From Alcaligenaceae bacterium (GTDB lineage Bacteria > Pseudomonadota > Gammaproteobacteria > Burkholderiales > Burkholderiaceae_B): 64,000 nt of DNA. Location: assembly GCA_029268595.1 (NCBI GenBank), contig JAJUGB010000001.1, positions 7,695-71,694 on the forward strand, written 5' to 3'. The notes below the pieces were generated by a model. The model was given only the letters and a program-made list of their open reading frames with translations. It was not told the origin of the DNA and searched no databases. A program made the position numbers and the translations under genes. This document shows, in pieces, positions 19,761 to 30,121 of the stretch (its first letter is position 1; each line of letters opens with the position of its first letter).

Positions 19761-20438
19761 TTAGGACCGGTGCAGCTCCCGCACGCCATTCTGACCCGAT
19801 ACCAGAGCAACATCGGCGCCCGAAATAGCGAACAAGCCGCAGGTGACCACGCCGGGGATATCATTGATGGCCGATTCCAACTTGGCCGGATCTTCGATTG
19901 ACAAGCCGGAGACATCGAGGATTCGGCAACCGTTGTCCGTGATGAAGTCCGCCCGCTCTCGAGGTTGTCCGCCCATTTGTTGCAACCGCCGGGCCACCGA
20001 GCTCAACGCCATGGGAATGACTTCCACCGGCAAAGGAAACATGCCTAGCCGATCAACCAATTTGGAATCATCGACAATGCATACAAAACGCTCGGCGACA
20101 GAGGCGACGATCTTTTCGCGCGTAAGCGCCCCGCCCCCGCCCTTGATCATATTGAGGCGGCCATCAATTTCGTCGGCGCCATCAACGTAAACCGGCATGC
20201 TCTCTACCTGATTCAAGTCGAAAACCCTGATGCCCAGGGCGTTAAGGCGAGCAGAAGTACGTTCGGAACTGGAGGCGGCACCACGGAAGCGTTGCTGGTG
20301 AGGAGCCAGTGCATCGATGAAAAGGTCTGCCGTGGACCCCGTCCCGACACCTAGAATAGTCTCGGGCGTCAGTAAGGGAAGAACGTACTCGACGGCTTTG
20401 AGAGCCGCGTTTTGCTTGAGTTGTTGTTGACTAAGCAT
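19761..20438 (-). CDS. rpiA: ribose-5-phosphate isomerase A
   Basis: GVGTGSTA and [11 protein letters not shown] motifs. ATG 20438 (MLSQQQLKQ) overlaps the upstream gene end by 8 nt. Confidence 0.9.
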   Translation of the reverse strand: MLSQQQLKQNAALKAVEYVLPLLTPETILGVGTGSTADLFIDALAPHQQRFRGAASSSERTSARLNALGIRVFDLNQVESMPVYVDGADEIDGRLNMIKGGGGALTREKIVASVAERFVCIVDDSKLVDRLGMFPLPVEVIPMALSSVARRLQQMGGQPRERADFITDNGCRILDVSGLSIEDPAKLESAINDIPGVVTCGLFAISGADVALVSGQNGVRELHRS

Positions 20439-20796
20439 GCTTACCCAGAAGTTCTGTAAATTTCTTTTCGTTGAATCCCACTGCCAGGACATCGGCGCCA
20501 CTGACAGTGACGGGCCGCTTGATCAGCGTGGGAAACTCTGCAATAAGCGACTTCCACTCGGCGTCTGACCCAGGTGTCTTTCGTTCGGCGGGAAGATTGC
20601 GCCAAGTCATAGAGGCACGATTGACCAGCTTCTCCCAACCGCCAAGTTGGTTGGACCATTGTTCCAAAGTATCTGGACCGATGGGCTGATCGCGATAATC
20701 GACGAACTCGTACGCTACCCCATGCTCTTCAAGCCAGCGCATGGCTTTCACACAGGTGCTGCACCGCTTTAACCCGTAAAGGTGCAAAGAAGTCAT
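20431..20796 (-). CDS. ArsC/Spx-superfamily reductase, YffB-like
   Basis: [14 protein letters not shown]-terminal Cys motif. About 120 aa with TWRNL and IKRP motifs. ATG overlaps the potI stop (ATGA). Confidence 0.7.
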   Translation of the reverse strand: MTSLHLYGLKRCSTCVKAMRWLEEHGVAYEFVDYRDQPIGPDTLEQWSNQLGGWEKLVNRASMTWRNLPAERKTPGSDAEWKSLIAEFPTLIKRPVTVSGADVLAVGFNEKKFTELLGKHA

Positions 20797-21596
20797 TTAG
20801 ATTCACGGCGCCACTGCACCCGGCTTGCCAGGATGACGCACACTCCTACAAAGACAATAAACAAAGTAGCCAAGGCGTTGATCTCGGGCTTCAGACCCAG
20901 ACGCACTCTGGAGAATACTTCGAGCGGCAAGGTGGTATATCCCGGGCCCGACAAAAATGAAGCTATTACTACGTCGTCCAGGGACAAAGTAAAAGCTAGC
21001 AGCCAGGCTGAGGCCAAGGCGGGCGCAATCAGCGGCAAAGTAATAACAAAGAAAACGCGCAACGGGGATGCTCCTAAGTCGAGCGCCGCTTCTTCCAAAG
21101 AGCGATCGAGATCGCGAATGCGCGATTGCACGACCACGGCCACGTAAGCCATACACAAGGTGACGTGCCCTACCCAGATGGTGAAGACGCCGTTGCTTTC
21201 CGGCCAGCCTATCCAGTTGCTAAGTTCCACAAACATCAACAAAAGCGAAATACCGAGAACCACCTCGGGCATCACCAGTGGAGCGCTCAGCATGCCGACA
21301 TAGATGCCGAACCCCTTGAATCGACCCATGCGAACCAGCACATAACCCGCCCAGGTGCCGATGATGACGGCGGCCGTTGCCGTCATGGCGGCAATCTGCA
21401 AGGACAACTTGGCGGCCGACAACAGCGCCGCATCATTGAAGAGCTCCACATACCATTTGAAGGAAAACCCGGTCCAACTGGTCATCATGGCGGAATCGTT
21501 GAACGAAAACACCATAAGACAAAGTATGGGGACGTACAGAAAGCCAAAGCCCAGAACCAGGGCCAAGGTGCGCATATATGGGTTAGGCGCGCCCAT
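20793..21596 (-). CDS. potI: putrescine/spermidine ABC transporter permease
   Basis: Six-TM MalFG-type permease with the EAA loop (LEEAALDLGASPLRVFFVITLP). Last gene of the potFGHI order. Confidence 0.8.
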   Translation of the reverse strand: MGAPNPYMRTLALVLGFGFLYVPILCLMVFSFNDSAMMTSWTGFSFKWYVELFNDAALLSAAKLSLQIAAMTATAAVIIGTWAGYVLVRMGRFKGFGIYVGMLSAPLVMPEVVLGISLLLMFVELSNWIGWPESNGVFTIWVGHVTLCMAYVAVVVQSRIRDLDRSLEEAALDLGASPLRVFFVITLPLIAPALASAWLLAFTLSLDDVVIASFLSGPGYTTLPLEVFSRVRLGLKPEINALATLFIVFVGVCVILASRVQWRRESK

Positions 21597-22506
21597 TCTT
21601 CCCTCTCATTTCAAACTGCCTTGCCTGGTTGTACTGGAACAGCACCAAGGGTATGAGCAGCAGCAACACCATAATGACGGTCACAGCTGCGGCCATGGGC
21701 CAGTCGGCGTTGTTGAAAAACTCGTTCCACATGACCCGCCCCATCATCAAGGTGTCGGCGCCCCCAAGCATCTCCGGTATTACGTACTCGCCCACAGTAG
21801 GAATGAAGACGAGCATGCTGCCGGCGATGACGCCCGGCATGGACAACGGCAAGGTGATGGTCAAAAAAGCCTTCCATGGCCGCGCCCCCAGATCGTAGGC
21901 GGCTTCCAGTAGACGATGGTCGAACTTGACGAGGGTCGCATAGAGCGGAAGGATGAAAAACGGCAGGTACGCATAGACCAGACCAATATAGACGGCGATA
22001 TTGGTGCGGTAGAGCTCCAGGGGCGTATCTATGATGCCCAGACCCAGTAAAAGCGTATTGAGCAAACCATCGTTGCGCAATATCCCCACCCAGGCATACA
22101 CGCGAAGTAGCAGCGAGGTCCAGAAAGGCAGAATCACCGCCAGAAGCAACATGTTGCGGGTTTGCGGCCGTGAGCGCGCAATGTAATAGGCCATGGGATA
22201 ACCAATCATCCCACAGCAGATGGTCGTAATGGCCGCTACCTTCAAAGAATTAAGATAAGTGGCCAAGTACAAGTTGTCGGTAAAAAGCAGCGCATAAGTG
22301 TTCAGATGCACCGCCAACCTAAGCGTCTGCTCTTCCAGAAACGCCAAAGGCGTATAGGGCGGGATGCCGAACTGCAGGTCGGCAAAGCTGATCTTCAGGA
22401 CCAACAAGAACGGAGCCAGCAAGAATAGCGTGAGCCACGCAAAAGGCGGAAATATCGAAAGTTTTCGCGTGGTTTCCGGCGGCAAGCGGCGCAGTAGCAG
22501 TCTCAT
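21583..22506 (-). CDS. potH: putrescine/spermidine ABC transporter permease
   Basis: EAA loop LLEAAYDLGARPWKAFLTITLP. ATG overlaps the potG stop (ATGA). Confidence 0.8.
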   Translation of the reverse strand: MRLLLRRLPPETTRKLSIFPPFAWLTLFLLAPFLLVLKISFADLQFGIPPYTPLAFLEEQTLRLAVHLNTYALLFTDNLYLATYLNSLKVAAITTICCGMIGYPMAYYIARSRPQTRNMLLLAVILPFWTSLLLRVYAWVGILRNDGLLNTLLLGLGIIDTPLELYRTNIAVYIGLVYAYLPFFILPLYATLVKFDHRLLEAAYDLGARPWKAFLTITLPLSMPGVIAGSMLVFIPTVGEYVIPEMLGGADTLMMGRVMWNEFFNNADWPMAAAVTVIMVLLLLIPLVLFQYNQARQFEMRGKNGRA

Positions 22507-23633
22507 GAGGCCAACACCGCCGCATTGTCACTGGACCAACTGATGTAGGCCTCTTCGTCCACTCCCAACGCGCCCTGCTGCTCCAGGACAAGGCTGGGCA
22601 CCGCCGCATCCACGGTCTGGCCCGAATCGAGCCGGATCTGATAGCGCACGTAGCTGCCCATCCAGGCCATATGGCTGACCATACCGTGCGCCCAGTTGTG
22701 CTCTCCGGATGGCTGCTCGGCGGTTACACGGATATGCTCGGGCCGGACCGAGACGTGAACCTCCATGCCCAAAGGCTCGCTTACGCCGTGATTCACATAT
22801 AGCGGACGGGACAAGCCTTCGCTTTCAATCAGCACATGGTCCGGCTCATCGACCACGATGGTGCCGGTAAACAAATTTGTGCTGCCAATAAAACCGGCCA
22901 CGAAGCGGCTGTTGGGAAAATCATAGACTTCCTGAGGAGTGCCACATTGCACTATGTGGCCGTCGGTCATTACCGCCAATCGATTGGCCATGGTCATGGC
23001 CTCTTCCTGGTCGTGAGTCACCATAATGCAGGTGACGCCGACGCGGTCGAGGATCTTCACCAGCTCGATCTGGGTTTTTTCGCGTATCTGTTTATCGAGC
23101 GCCGACATGGGCTCGTCCAGCAGTAATAGCTTGGGCCGCTTGACCAAGCTGCGAGCCAGCGCGACACGCTGCTGCTGGCCGCCGGAAAGCTGATGAGGCT
23201 TGCGGCGGGCGAAACCGGCCATCTGAACCAGATCCAGCGCCTCGAATACGCGCTCGTGGATCTCGTTACGAGGGACTCCTTCCTGTTTGAGTCCGAAAGC
23301 AACATTGGCCTCCACCGTCATGTGCGGAAATAAAGCATACGACTGGAACATCATATTTACTGGCCGCCGATGGGGGGGCAGATTTGTGATGTCTTCGCCG
23401 TCCAGGTAAATGCGGCCCGATGTCGGCTCTTCGAAGCCGGCCAACATGCGCAGCAGCGTAGATTTGCCACAACCAGAGCTGCCTAGCAACGCGAAGATCT
23501 CGTGTCGTCTTACTGACATGCTGACCGATTTGACTGCTACGACATCGCCATATATTTTGACGACCTCTTCCACACGCACAAACTCGTCGGCGTCGCCGGC
23601 CCAGGCCGGCGGCGTAAGGCGGTTGTCGGACAT
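22503..23633 (-). CDS. potG: putrescine/spermidine ABC transporter ATP-binding protein
   Basis: Walker A GSSGCGKST, LSGGQQQR signature, Walker B LLLLDEP. Start set at ATG 23633 (MSDNRLTPP), just after the potF stop. Confidence 0.85.
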   Translation of the reverse strand: MSDNRLTPPAWAGDADEFVRVEEVVKIYGDVVAVKSVSMSVRRHEIFALLGSSGCGKSTLLRMLAGFEEPTSGRIYLDGEDITNLPPHRRPVNMMFQSYALFPHMTVEANVAFGLKQEGVPRNEIHERVFEALDLVQMAGFARRKPHQLSGGQQQRVALARSLVKRPKLLLLDEPMSALDKQIREKTQIELVKILDRVGVTCIMVTHDQEEAMTMANRLAVMTDGHIVQCGTPQEVYDFPNSRFVAGFIGSTNLFTGTIVVDEPDHVLIESEGLSRPLYVNHGVSEPLGMEVHVSVRPEHIRVTAEQPSGEHNWAHGMVSHMAWMGSYVRYQIRLDSGQTVDAAVPSLVLEQQGALGVDEEAYISWSSDNAAVLAS

Positions 23634-23637
23634 TTTG

Positions 23638-24738
23638 CTATAGACCCGTCTTGAGTTTGGACCACAGGCGGTTTTGCAATCGCATGATTTTGAACGGCCG
23701 GGTCTTGATGACAAAAAGTTGTTTGGATACCTCGGGAGGCGGATAAATCATGGGATTTTCCGCGACCTCTTCCGTGACGTACTGGCGCGCCTCTTTATTG
23801 GCGTTTGGATAAAACATGGTATTGGTGATTGCTGCGTGCACCTCGGGCGTTTCAATGTAATTGATAAATGCATGGGCCTCATCTACATTGACCGCGCTCG
23901 CCGGGATCGCCATGGTGTCAAACCAGGCTGGCGCGCCCCCTTCGGGAAGAAAATAATCGATTTCGTAGGGTTTGCCTGCCTCTCGAGCGCGGTGACGGGC
24001 AATCATGACATCACCCGAATAGCCATACACCATGCACAAGTCCCCTCCGGCAAGCTCATCGATATACCCCGCCGAACTGAATTGGCGCACATAGGGCCGT
24101 ATTCGCTTTAGCAGCTCGAACGCCGCTTCATAGTCCTGAGGGTTTTCAGTGTCGGGGTCGAGCCCGAGATAATGGAGTGCGGCAGGGAAAACCTGAGCCG
24201 CTTCATCGAGCACCGATACGCCGCAGCCCTTCAGTTTGCTCAGATAGGCCGGATCGAACAGGATGTCCCAGCTGTTCAACGGCGCGTCCGGTCCCAATAG
24301 CTCTTTGACACGCGTCACGTTGTAGCCCAAGCCATTTGTGCCATAACCCCACGGCACCAGATACTGGTTTCCGGGGTCGACATCGGCCAGCAGCGCCATG
24401 ATGTCAGGATCCAGATACTTCCAGTTCGGGATCTTGCTTTTGTCCAACTTTTGGAACAAACCGGCTTCCAGTTGTCGCGCCGCATAGTGGGTAGATGGAA
24501 CCACCACGTCGTAACCGGACTTGCCGGTCAAGAGTTTTGCCTGCAATGTGTCGTTGCTATCGTATACGTCATAGCGGACACGAATACCGGTCGTCTGCTC
24601 AAAGCCGGACAAGGTGTCAGGGGCCGTGTACTCTGCCCAGTTGTACACATTGACCACGCGGTTTTGCGCCGACACCGAGCAAGCGCTCAAGGCCAATACC
24701 GCCGCAAACAGGCGCTTTGCTACCCAGCCCAGGTTCAC
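23638..24738 (-). CDS. potF: polyamine (putrescine) ABC transporter periplasmic substrate-binding protein
   Basis: Signal peptide (LFAAVLALSACSVSAQ) followed by the PotF/PotD-family body. GTG 24738 has GAGGAG 7 nt upstream. Track TTG 24753 is less likely. Confidence 0.8.
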   Translation of the reverse strand: MNLGWVAKRLFAAVLALSACSVSAQNRVVNVYNWAEYTAPDTLSGFEQTTGIRVRYDVYDSNDTLQAKLLTGKSGYDVVVPSTHYAARQLEAGLFQKLDKSKIPNWKYLDPDIMALLADVDPGNQYLVPWGYGTNGLGYNVTRVKELLGPDAPLNSWDILFDPAYLSKLKGCGVSVLDEAAQVFPAALHYLGLDPDTENPQDYEAAFELLKRIRPYVRQFSSAGYIDELAGGDLCMVYGYSGDVMIARHRAREAGKPYEIDYFLPEGGAPAWFDTMAIPASAVNVDEAHAFINYIETPEVHAAITNTMFYPNANKEARQYVTEEVAENPMIYPPPEVSKQLFVIKTRPFKIMRLQNRLWSKLKTGL

Positions 24739-24802
24739 GTGAACGCTCCTCAAACCAAGCCAAAAAGCTGCAGATCATAAAGTGTTTTGGCCGATTCCGC
24801 CT

Positions 24803-25513
24803 TCATTTAACCGACGACTGTTGCGTATAAGCCTGATCCACCTGCATCCAGAACGCGCGACCTTTGTCTCCGGCCAGTTTTACCAAAGAGCGCCGCAAAC
24901 GGACCAGATTCAGTCGCCGCTGAGCAGGAGTCGGCTTGATGCTGCGAGCTCGGTCAAAATCGATGAGCCAAACTCGTTGCCGTGCATCGAGCAGTATATT
25001 GTAAGCGTTCAAGTCGGCATGCCACGCACCCGCTTCGTGCAAGGCCAATATGGAGGCGGCCACCGCCTCGGGAGGAGCTGAATCCAGCAAGGAAGCCAAA
25101 GGAGTGGCCTCTTTGATGCGCTCGACCAATAAGGCCGCACGATAAGTGGCGCCGTCAAGCCAATAGGCCGCTGCATAAGGCGTGGGCACCAATAGCCCAT
25201 GCTCGCGCAGTCGCACCAGTATCTTGAATTCAGCGAATGAACGGGTGTGCCAGGGCCCAGTCCATATATAGCGATCTTTGCTGACCCGAGCCGCCATGCC
25301 GCCTCGGCGGTAATGCCGCAACACGGCTTCTCCAAAATCGCCCGAGACAAACCAAGATGACTGACGTCCGCCGCTTTGTACCGGTTCTGCTGCCAAGCTA
25401 CTGTCGGCCGGGTCAAATAGCCACGCCCCCGGGCGACTGACCCGTCCGGGCAGATAAAGCATGGCTCCACCATCAATTGTCAATGGACCGCCTATCTCCA
25501 GTATGTCGCTCAT
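24803..25513 (-). CDS. kdkA: 3-deoxy-D-manno-octulosonic acid (Kdo) kinase
   Basis: RRGG..., HADLNAYNILL and LIDFDRA kinase motifs typical of KdkA. ATG 25513 overlaps the upstream permease stop (ATGA). Confidence 0.8.
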   Translation of the reverse strand: MSDILEIGGPLTIDGGAMLYLPGRVSRPGAWLFDPADSSLAAEPVQSGGRQSSWFVSGDFGEAVLRHYRRGGMAARVSKDRYIWTGPWHTRSFAEFKILVRLREHGLLVPTPYAAAYWLDGATYRAALLVERIKEATPLASLLDSAPPEAVAASILALHEAGAWHADLNAYNILLDARQRVWLIDFDRARSIKPTPAQRRLNLVRLRRSLVKLAGDKGRAFWMQVDQAYTQQSSVK

Positions 25514-28032
25514 AACGCCTCCCTTAAAGAAAGCAATGGAGGAGTGCGCAATACTCCGCGCAACGCCAAGCCTCCTCCTATGCATGCCGACAAAGCGCCT
25601 CCCGCCATACCAACGGCCCAGGGCCACCATGATGGGACATAGGGGAACGAAAACACCCAGTGGGCAAGTGACCATGACACACCCACAGCCACCCCCGCGG
25701 CCATGACACCAGCCAAGGCGCCTATCAGGACTAGCTCAAGGATAAGCACGCCCCGCACCTGAGCGGCCCGCGCGCCTAGGACGCGCAAAATCGCAACCTC
25801 TCGAATGCGCTCATCACGGGTCGAGACGAATGCCGCGCCGAGCACCAGCACTCCGGCCGTTACTGTGAACAAAAACAACAGTTGGACCGCTTGGATGGCT
25901 TGGCCCAGGATGGATTGCAGCTGCCCGAGAATAGCGCTGACGTCGACCACCGTCACATTGGGCACTTCTCGTAAAAGCCCCTGCATGGTCTTCGCTTGAT
26001 CGGGCGGAAGATAAAACGAAGTAATGTAGGTGGCTGGCGCCTGCTGCAGGGCCGCCGGAGAAATGATGGCGAAGAAATTGACGTCGAACGAATCCCATTT
26101 CACTTCCCGCAAACTGGTGACGGTCAGGTTGACCGGTTGCCCGGCTACTTCAAACGTCAAGGTGTCTCCGAGGCCCACTTGCAGGGACTGCGCGACATCC
26201 TCCTCCAACGATACCTCGTGAGCTCGGACGTCCAGCCATCGACCCTGGGTAATCCGGTTGCTGTCCGGAAGTTGGTCGAGGTAGGACAGGTTGAATTCTC
26301 GCTCTACCAGCCGACGGGCTCGTTGATCGTCATAGTCTTTTCCGTCGACGGCTTGCTCGTTTATGGCGACGAGTCGGCCTCGAACCATAGGAGCCAGCGC
26401 TGCACTCGACAGCCCGTGGTCCTGCAGATATTGCACCACTTGGCTGCGCTGCTCGGGCTGGATATTGATGAGGAAAGTATTAGGGGCGTGTTCTGGCAGA
26501 GTGTGCCGCCAGCCTGCGAGCAGATCGCTACGAGTGATTCCGAGTAACAACACAATCATCAGGCCGACCGCTAATGCACAGATTTGCACCACCGTCAGCC
26601 CCCGACGCCGGGAGATGCCGGCCAAGGCAAATCTCAACCCCGGATTACCGGATAACCGACGCCCAAAATAACCAGCCATACCCACCAATAACCAGCCAAC
26701 CGCCGCGAACAACAGCGTGCCTGTCAGGAAACCGGCACACAGCAGTACGGTAAGCCGCAGGTCGTCGGACACCCATAAGATCAATACGAAAAATGCCAAT
26801 AGGCCCGGTAAATACGCAGCCATACGGCCAAGCTGGATGCCGGTTTCAGGGTCACGTCGCAACACCCGTCCCGGCGCCACCTTGCGAAGCGCGGCGACGG
26901 GCGGCAACACAAAGCCGATCAGCAACAAAATTGAGGTTGCCACACCATGTTGGGCTGGAGCTGTGGATGCAGCTGGCAAGACCACATCGAGCCATTCGGA
27001 TGCCGCGTAAACCAGCAAAGCCTGCACAGCATATCCCGCCAGGGTGCCGATTAACGCGGCTATGAGCGACAAGGCAATGAATTCCACCAGCAGTTGTGCG
27101 GTCAATTGCCGTTGCGAGATGCCCAGACATCGCATGACGGCAAACCCGTCGACATGACGCTGATTGAATCTGCGGGCCGCGAGGCCCACAGCGACGGCCG
27201 CGACGAGCACCGTGAGCAAGGCCACGAGGGTCAGGAAATTCTGCGCTCGAGCCAGCGCCTGTCGAATTTCCGGTCTGGCGGACCCTGGCTGTTCAACCCG
27301 CTCTCCCCGATCCAGCCGAGGTAGAAGCCACTCTCGAAAAGCGTCGACTGCTGAGGCGGAACCGGCCACAGACAAGTAATAATGGACCCGGCTACCAAAG
27401 CCCAGAAGGCCCGTGCGATCGACCTCGTCATATCGCATGAGGACGCGCGGTGCCATATTGATGAATTGAACCGACCGATCCGGCTCGTTTTCAATCAGGC
27501 CGCGAATGACGAACCCGGCGTCACCCAATCGCAAGGTGTCGCCGGCCTTCACGCCGAGCAGTGCCGGCAGCTGCGCATCGACCCAAAGTGAACCCTGGGG
27601 AGGCGCTCCAGCTGCGGATATCTCTCCGTTATGGATTTGAAGGCTCCCGCGCAGCGGATAAGCGTCATCAACCGCCTTGATGGACACCAGCTGCATAGTG
27701 CTTGCGGTGCTCACCATGGAGGAAAACTGCATGCCCCGGGAATACTGCAAGCCAAGTCTCTGAGCCTCCTCGAGTACAGGCAAGTCGATAGGCGAGTCGG
27801 CACGCAGGACCAGATCGCCCCCAAGCATCTGCGCCGTTGTCCGGTTTAATGCTGCCGACACGCGCTCGGAAAGAAAACCGACACTGGTGACCGCAGAAAT
27901 GGCGACTATCAGCGCCATCAGGAGAAGGCGCAACTCGCCTGAACGCCAGTCGCGGCGCAAGGCGCGGAACCCTGACACGATGAACAGCACCGCCTGAGTA
28001 AACCCCGAGGAATGCGGGTTGACCCCCCTCAT
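25510..28032 (-). CDS. FtsX/MacB-type ABC transporter permease, YbbP-like (two FtsX domains, 840 aa)
   Basis: Size and duplicated 4-TM FtsX architecture with large periplasmic loops. ATG overlaps the radA stop (ATGA). No ABC ATPase gene is adjacent. Confidence 0.75.
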   Translation of the reverse strand: MRGVNPHSSGFTQAVLFIVSGFRALRRDWRSGELRLLLMALIVAISAVTSVGFLSERVSAALNRTTAQMLGGDLVLRADSPIDLPVLEEAQRLGLQYSRGMQFSSMVSTASTMQLVSIKAVDDAYPLRGSLQIHNGEISAAGAPPQGSLWVDAQLPALLGVKAGDTLRLGDAGFVIRGLIENEPDRSVQFINMAPRVLMRYDEVDRTGLLGFGSRVHYYLSVAGSASAVDAFREWLLPRLDRGERVEQPGSARPEIRQALARAQNFLTLVALLTVLVAAVAVGLAARRFNQRHVDGFAVMRCLGISQRQLTAQLLVEFIALSLIAALIGTLAGYAVQALLVYAASEWLDVVLPAASTAPAQHGVATSILLLIGFVLPPVAALRKVAPGRVLRRDPETGIQLGRMAAYLPGLLAFFVLILWVSDDLRLTVLLCAGFLTGTLLFAAVGWLLVGMAGYFGRRLSGNPGLRFALAGISRRRGLTVVQICALAVGLMIVLLLGITRSDLLAGWRHTLPEHAPNTFLINIQPEQRSQVVQYLQDHGLSSAALAPMVRGRLVAINEQAVDGKDYDDQRARRLVEREFNLSYLDQLPDSNRITQGRWLDVRAHEVSLEEDVAQSLQVGLGDTLTFEVAGQPVNLTVTSLREVKWDSFDVNFFAIISPAALQQAPATYITSFYLPPDQAKTMQGLLREVPNVTVVDVSAILGQLQSILGQAIQAVQLLFLFTVTAGVLVLGAAFVSTRDERIREVAILRVLGARAAQVRGVLILELVLIGALAGVMAAGVAVGVSWSLAHWVFSFPYVPSWWPWAVGMAGGALSACIGGGLALRGVLRTPPLLSLREAL

Positions 28033-29381
28033 CGTACACGCTCAATTGCCGCCTCGAGACGGTCCACAGCCCAGACCTCAAGGCCCTCAATGGCTTGCCG
28101 CGGTGCGTTTGCCTTGGGTACAAGGGCACAGCTGAACCCCAACTTGGCGGCTTCGCGCAAGCGCTCCTGGCCGCGGGGCGCGGGCCGAATTTCGCCGGCC
28201 AGGCCCACTTCCCCAAAAGCAACTAAGCCGGCCGGCAGGGGGCGGTTCCGCAGAGACGACATGATGGCCAACAAAACGGGCAGATCGGCCGCGGGCTCAG
28301 CTATTTTGACGCCTCCGACCGCATTCACGAAGACATCCTGGTCGTAAGTGGCGACCCCCGCATGCCTGTGCAATACCGCCAGCAACATCGCCAGCCGGTT
28401 ACTCTCCAGACCCACGGACAGCCGACGCGGGTTGGGCGCGTGTGCCGAATCAACCAAGGCTTGGATTTCGACCAAGAGCGGCCGGCTCCCCTCTTGTGTA
28501 GCCATTACGCAAGAGCCGGCCACTTCTTGCTGATGCTGTGATAGAAACAGGGCCGAGGGGTTGTTTACACCCTTCAGGCCTCGTTCAGTCATGGCGAACA
28601 CACCGAGCTCGTTGACGGCTCCGAAGCGGTTCTTGATGGCGCGGACCAACCTGAACGATGAATGGGTGTCGCCTTCAAAGTAAAGAACCGTATCGACGAT
28701 ATGCTCGAGCACACGAGGTCCGGCCAGACTACCGTCCTTCGTGACATGCCCGATAAATACAATGGCGGTGCCGGTTTGCTTTGCAAGACGAGTCAATTGG
28801 GCGGCGCATTCGCGCACTTGAGACACAGAACCGGGCGCTGCCGTAAGTTCGCTGGAATATAGCGTTTGTATGGAATCAATGACGGCGACTTGCGGCCGTT
28901 GCTCGAGCAATGCTTGCGTGATGGCTTCGAGCCGTATCTCGGCCAGCAGCTGCACATGACTGGTAACCAGCTCGAGACGGCGGGCTCGAAGGGCTACCTG
29001 CTCGGCCGATTCTTCGCCCGTCACATACAACACGGGAACGGCGTTGGACAACGACACCAGGGCCTGCAGCAGCAATGTGGATTTACCTATGCCGGGGTCG
29101 CCGCCGATAAGCACGACCGCACCCGTGACCAACCCACCGCCGAGTACGCGATCGAACTCCGCAATGCCCGTAGGTTGGCGAGGCAGCTCTCGCGCCTCGA
29201 CATCGGCCAGGCTTCGGACTGGGCTCGCGCCGGCCAAGGGGGCAAAACGATGCCCACCCGTACTCGCCTCGCGGGTCTCGACTAAAGTGTTCCAATTTGA
29301 GCAGTGCGGGCACTTGCCTTCCCACTTCAGGGAGGTGCCCCCGCACTCGCTGCACACGTACGACGTCTTTGCTTTGGCCAT
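28029..29381 (-). CDS. radA: DNA repair protein RadA/Sms
   Basis: N-terminal zinc finger CSECG...CPHC, Walker A GDPGIGKST, KNRFG motif, Lon-like C-terminal domain. Confidence 0.95.
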   Translation of the reverse strand: MAKAKTSYVCSECGGTSLKWEGKCPHCSNWNTLVETREASTGGHRFAPLAGASPVRSLADVEARELPRQPTGIAEFDRVLGGGLVTGAVVLIGGDPGIGKSTLLLQALVSLSNAVPVLYVTGEESAEQVALRARRLELVTSHVQLLAEIRLEAITQALLEQRPQVAVIDSIQTLYSSELTAAPGSVSQVRECAAQLTRLAKQTGTAIVFIGHVTKDGSLAGPRVLEHIVDTVLYFEGDTHSSFRLVRAIKNRFGAVNELGVFAMTERGLKGVNNPSALFLSQHQQEVAGSCVMATQEGSRPLLVEIQALVDSAHAPNPRRLSVGLESNRLAMLLAVLHRHAGVATYDQDVFVNAVGGVKIAEPAADLPVLLAIMSSLRNRPLPAGLVAFGEVGLAGEIRPAPRGQERLREAAKLGFSCALVPKANAPRQAIEGLEVWAVDRLEAAIERVR

Positions 29382-29404
29382 GGGCGCAAGTTTAACCGTT
29401 GGCT

Positions 29405-30121
29405 TTAGCAGTCGACGAGTGATCCACCGCCATCCACGCCCAATATTTGCCCTGTTATGAAGGCTGCCTCGGCAGAGAGTAAAAAAGTGACTGCTGCGGC
29501 GACTTCGGCCGGCTGTCCCAGCCGACGCAAGGGAATGGACGCCAACGCCCTTTGCTCAGCCTCGCTACCGGGTGGGTGGTTCAGTCGAAACAGTTCGGTT
29601 TCAACCGGACCAGGTGCGACGGCGTTGACGGTGATGCCATAAGGCGCCAATTCCAACGCCCATGTCTTAGTGCAGGCCTCTAAAGCGCCCTTAGCTGCAG
29701 AATAGCTGGTTCGCGCTCGTGCACCGCTTGCGGCACGGCTGGAAATATTGATGATTCGGCCTTCTTTGCGCGCCTTCATGGCAGGGACAAAAGCCTGGGT
29801 CACCTGAACGGCCACGCGCACGTTCAAGTCCAGGACATCGTACAAAGAGGCAAGATCGACCTCTCCCAGCGCTTGTGGGGTGACGGCTCCGACATTGTTC
29901 ACGATGGCGTCGACCGGGTATTTTTCGCGTAGCATGCGCATGACCTCTTCGGTGTCGCCAGCATTGCTTAGATCGCAAGAATACAAATAACCGGGAAAAT
30001 CAATGTCCTGCGTGTTTCTTGCCACGCCCACGACGTGACAACCCAAGTCGGCAAGCCGCCGGCTGATGGCCCAGCCGATACCGCGCGTGGCGCCGGTGAC
30101 CAACACGCATTGATCCTTCAT
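29405..30121 (-). CDS. SDR-family oxidoreductase
   Basis: TGATRGIG cofactor motif and YSAAK catalytic motif. ATG 30121 overlaps the alr stop (ATGA). Confidence 0.8.
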   Translation of the reverse strand: MKDQCVLVTGATRGIGWAISRRLADLGCHVVGVARNTQDIDFPGYLYSCDLSNAGDTEEVMRMLREKYPVDAIVNNVGAVTPQALGEVDLASLYDVLDLNVRVAVQVTQAFVPAMKARKEGRIINISSRAASGARARTSYSAAKGALEACTKTWALELAPYGITVNAVAPGPVETELFRLNHPPGSEAEQRALASIPLRRLGQPAEVAAAVTFLLSAEAAFITGQILGVDGGGSLVDC

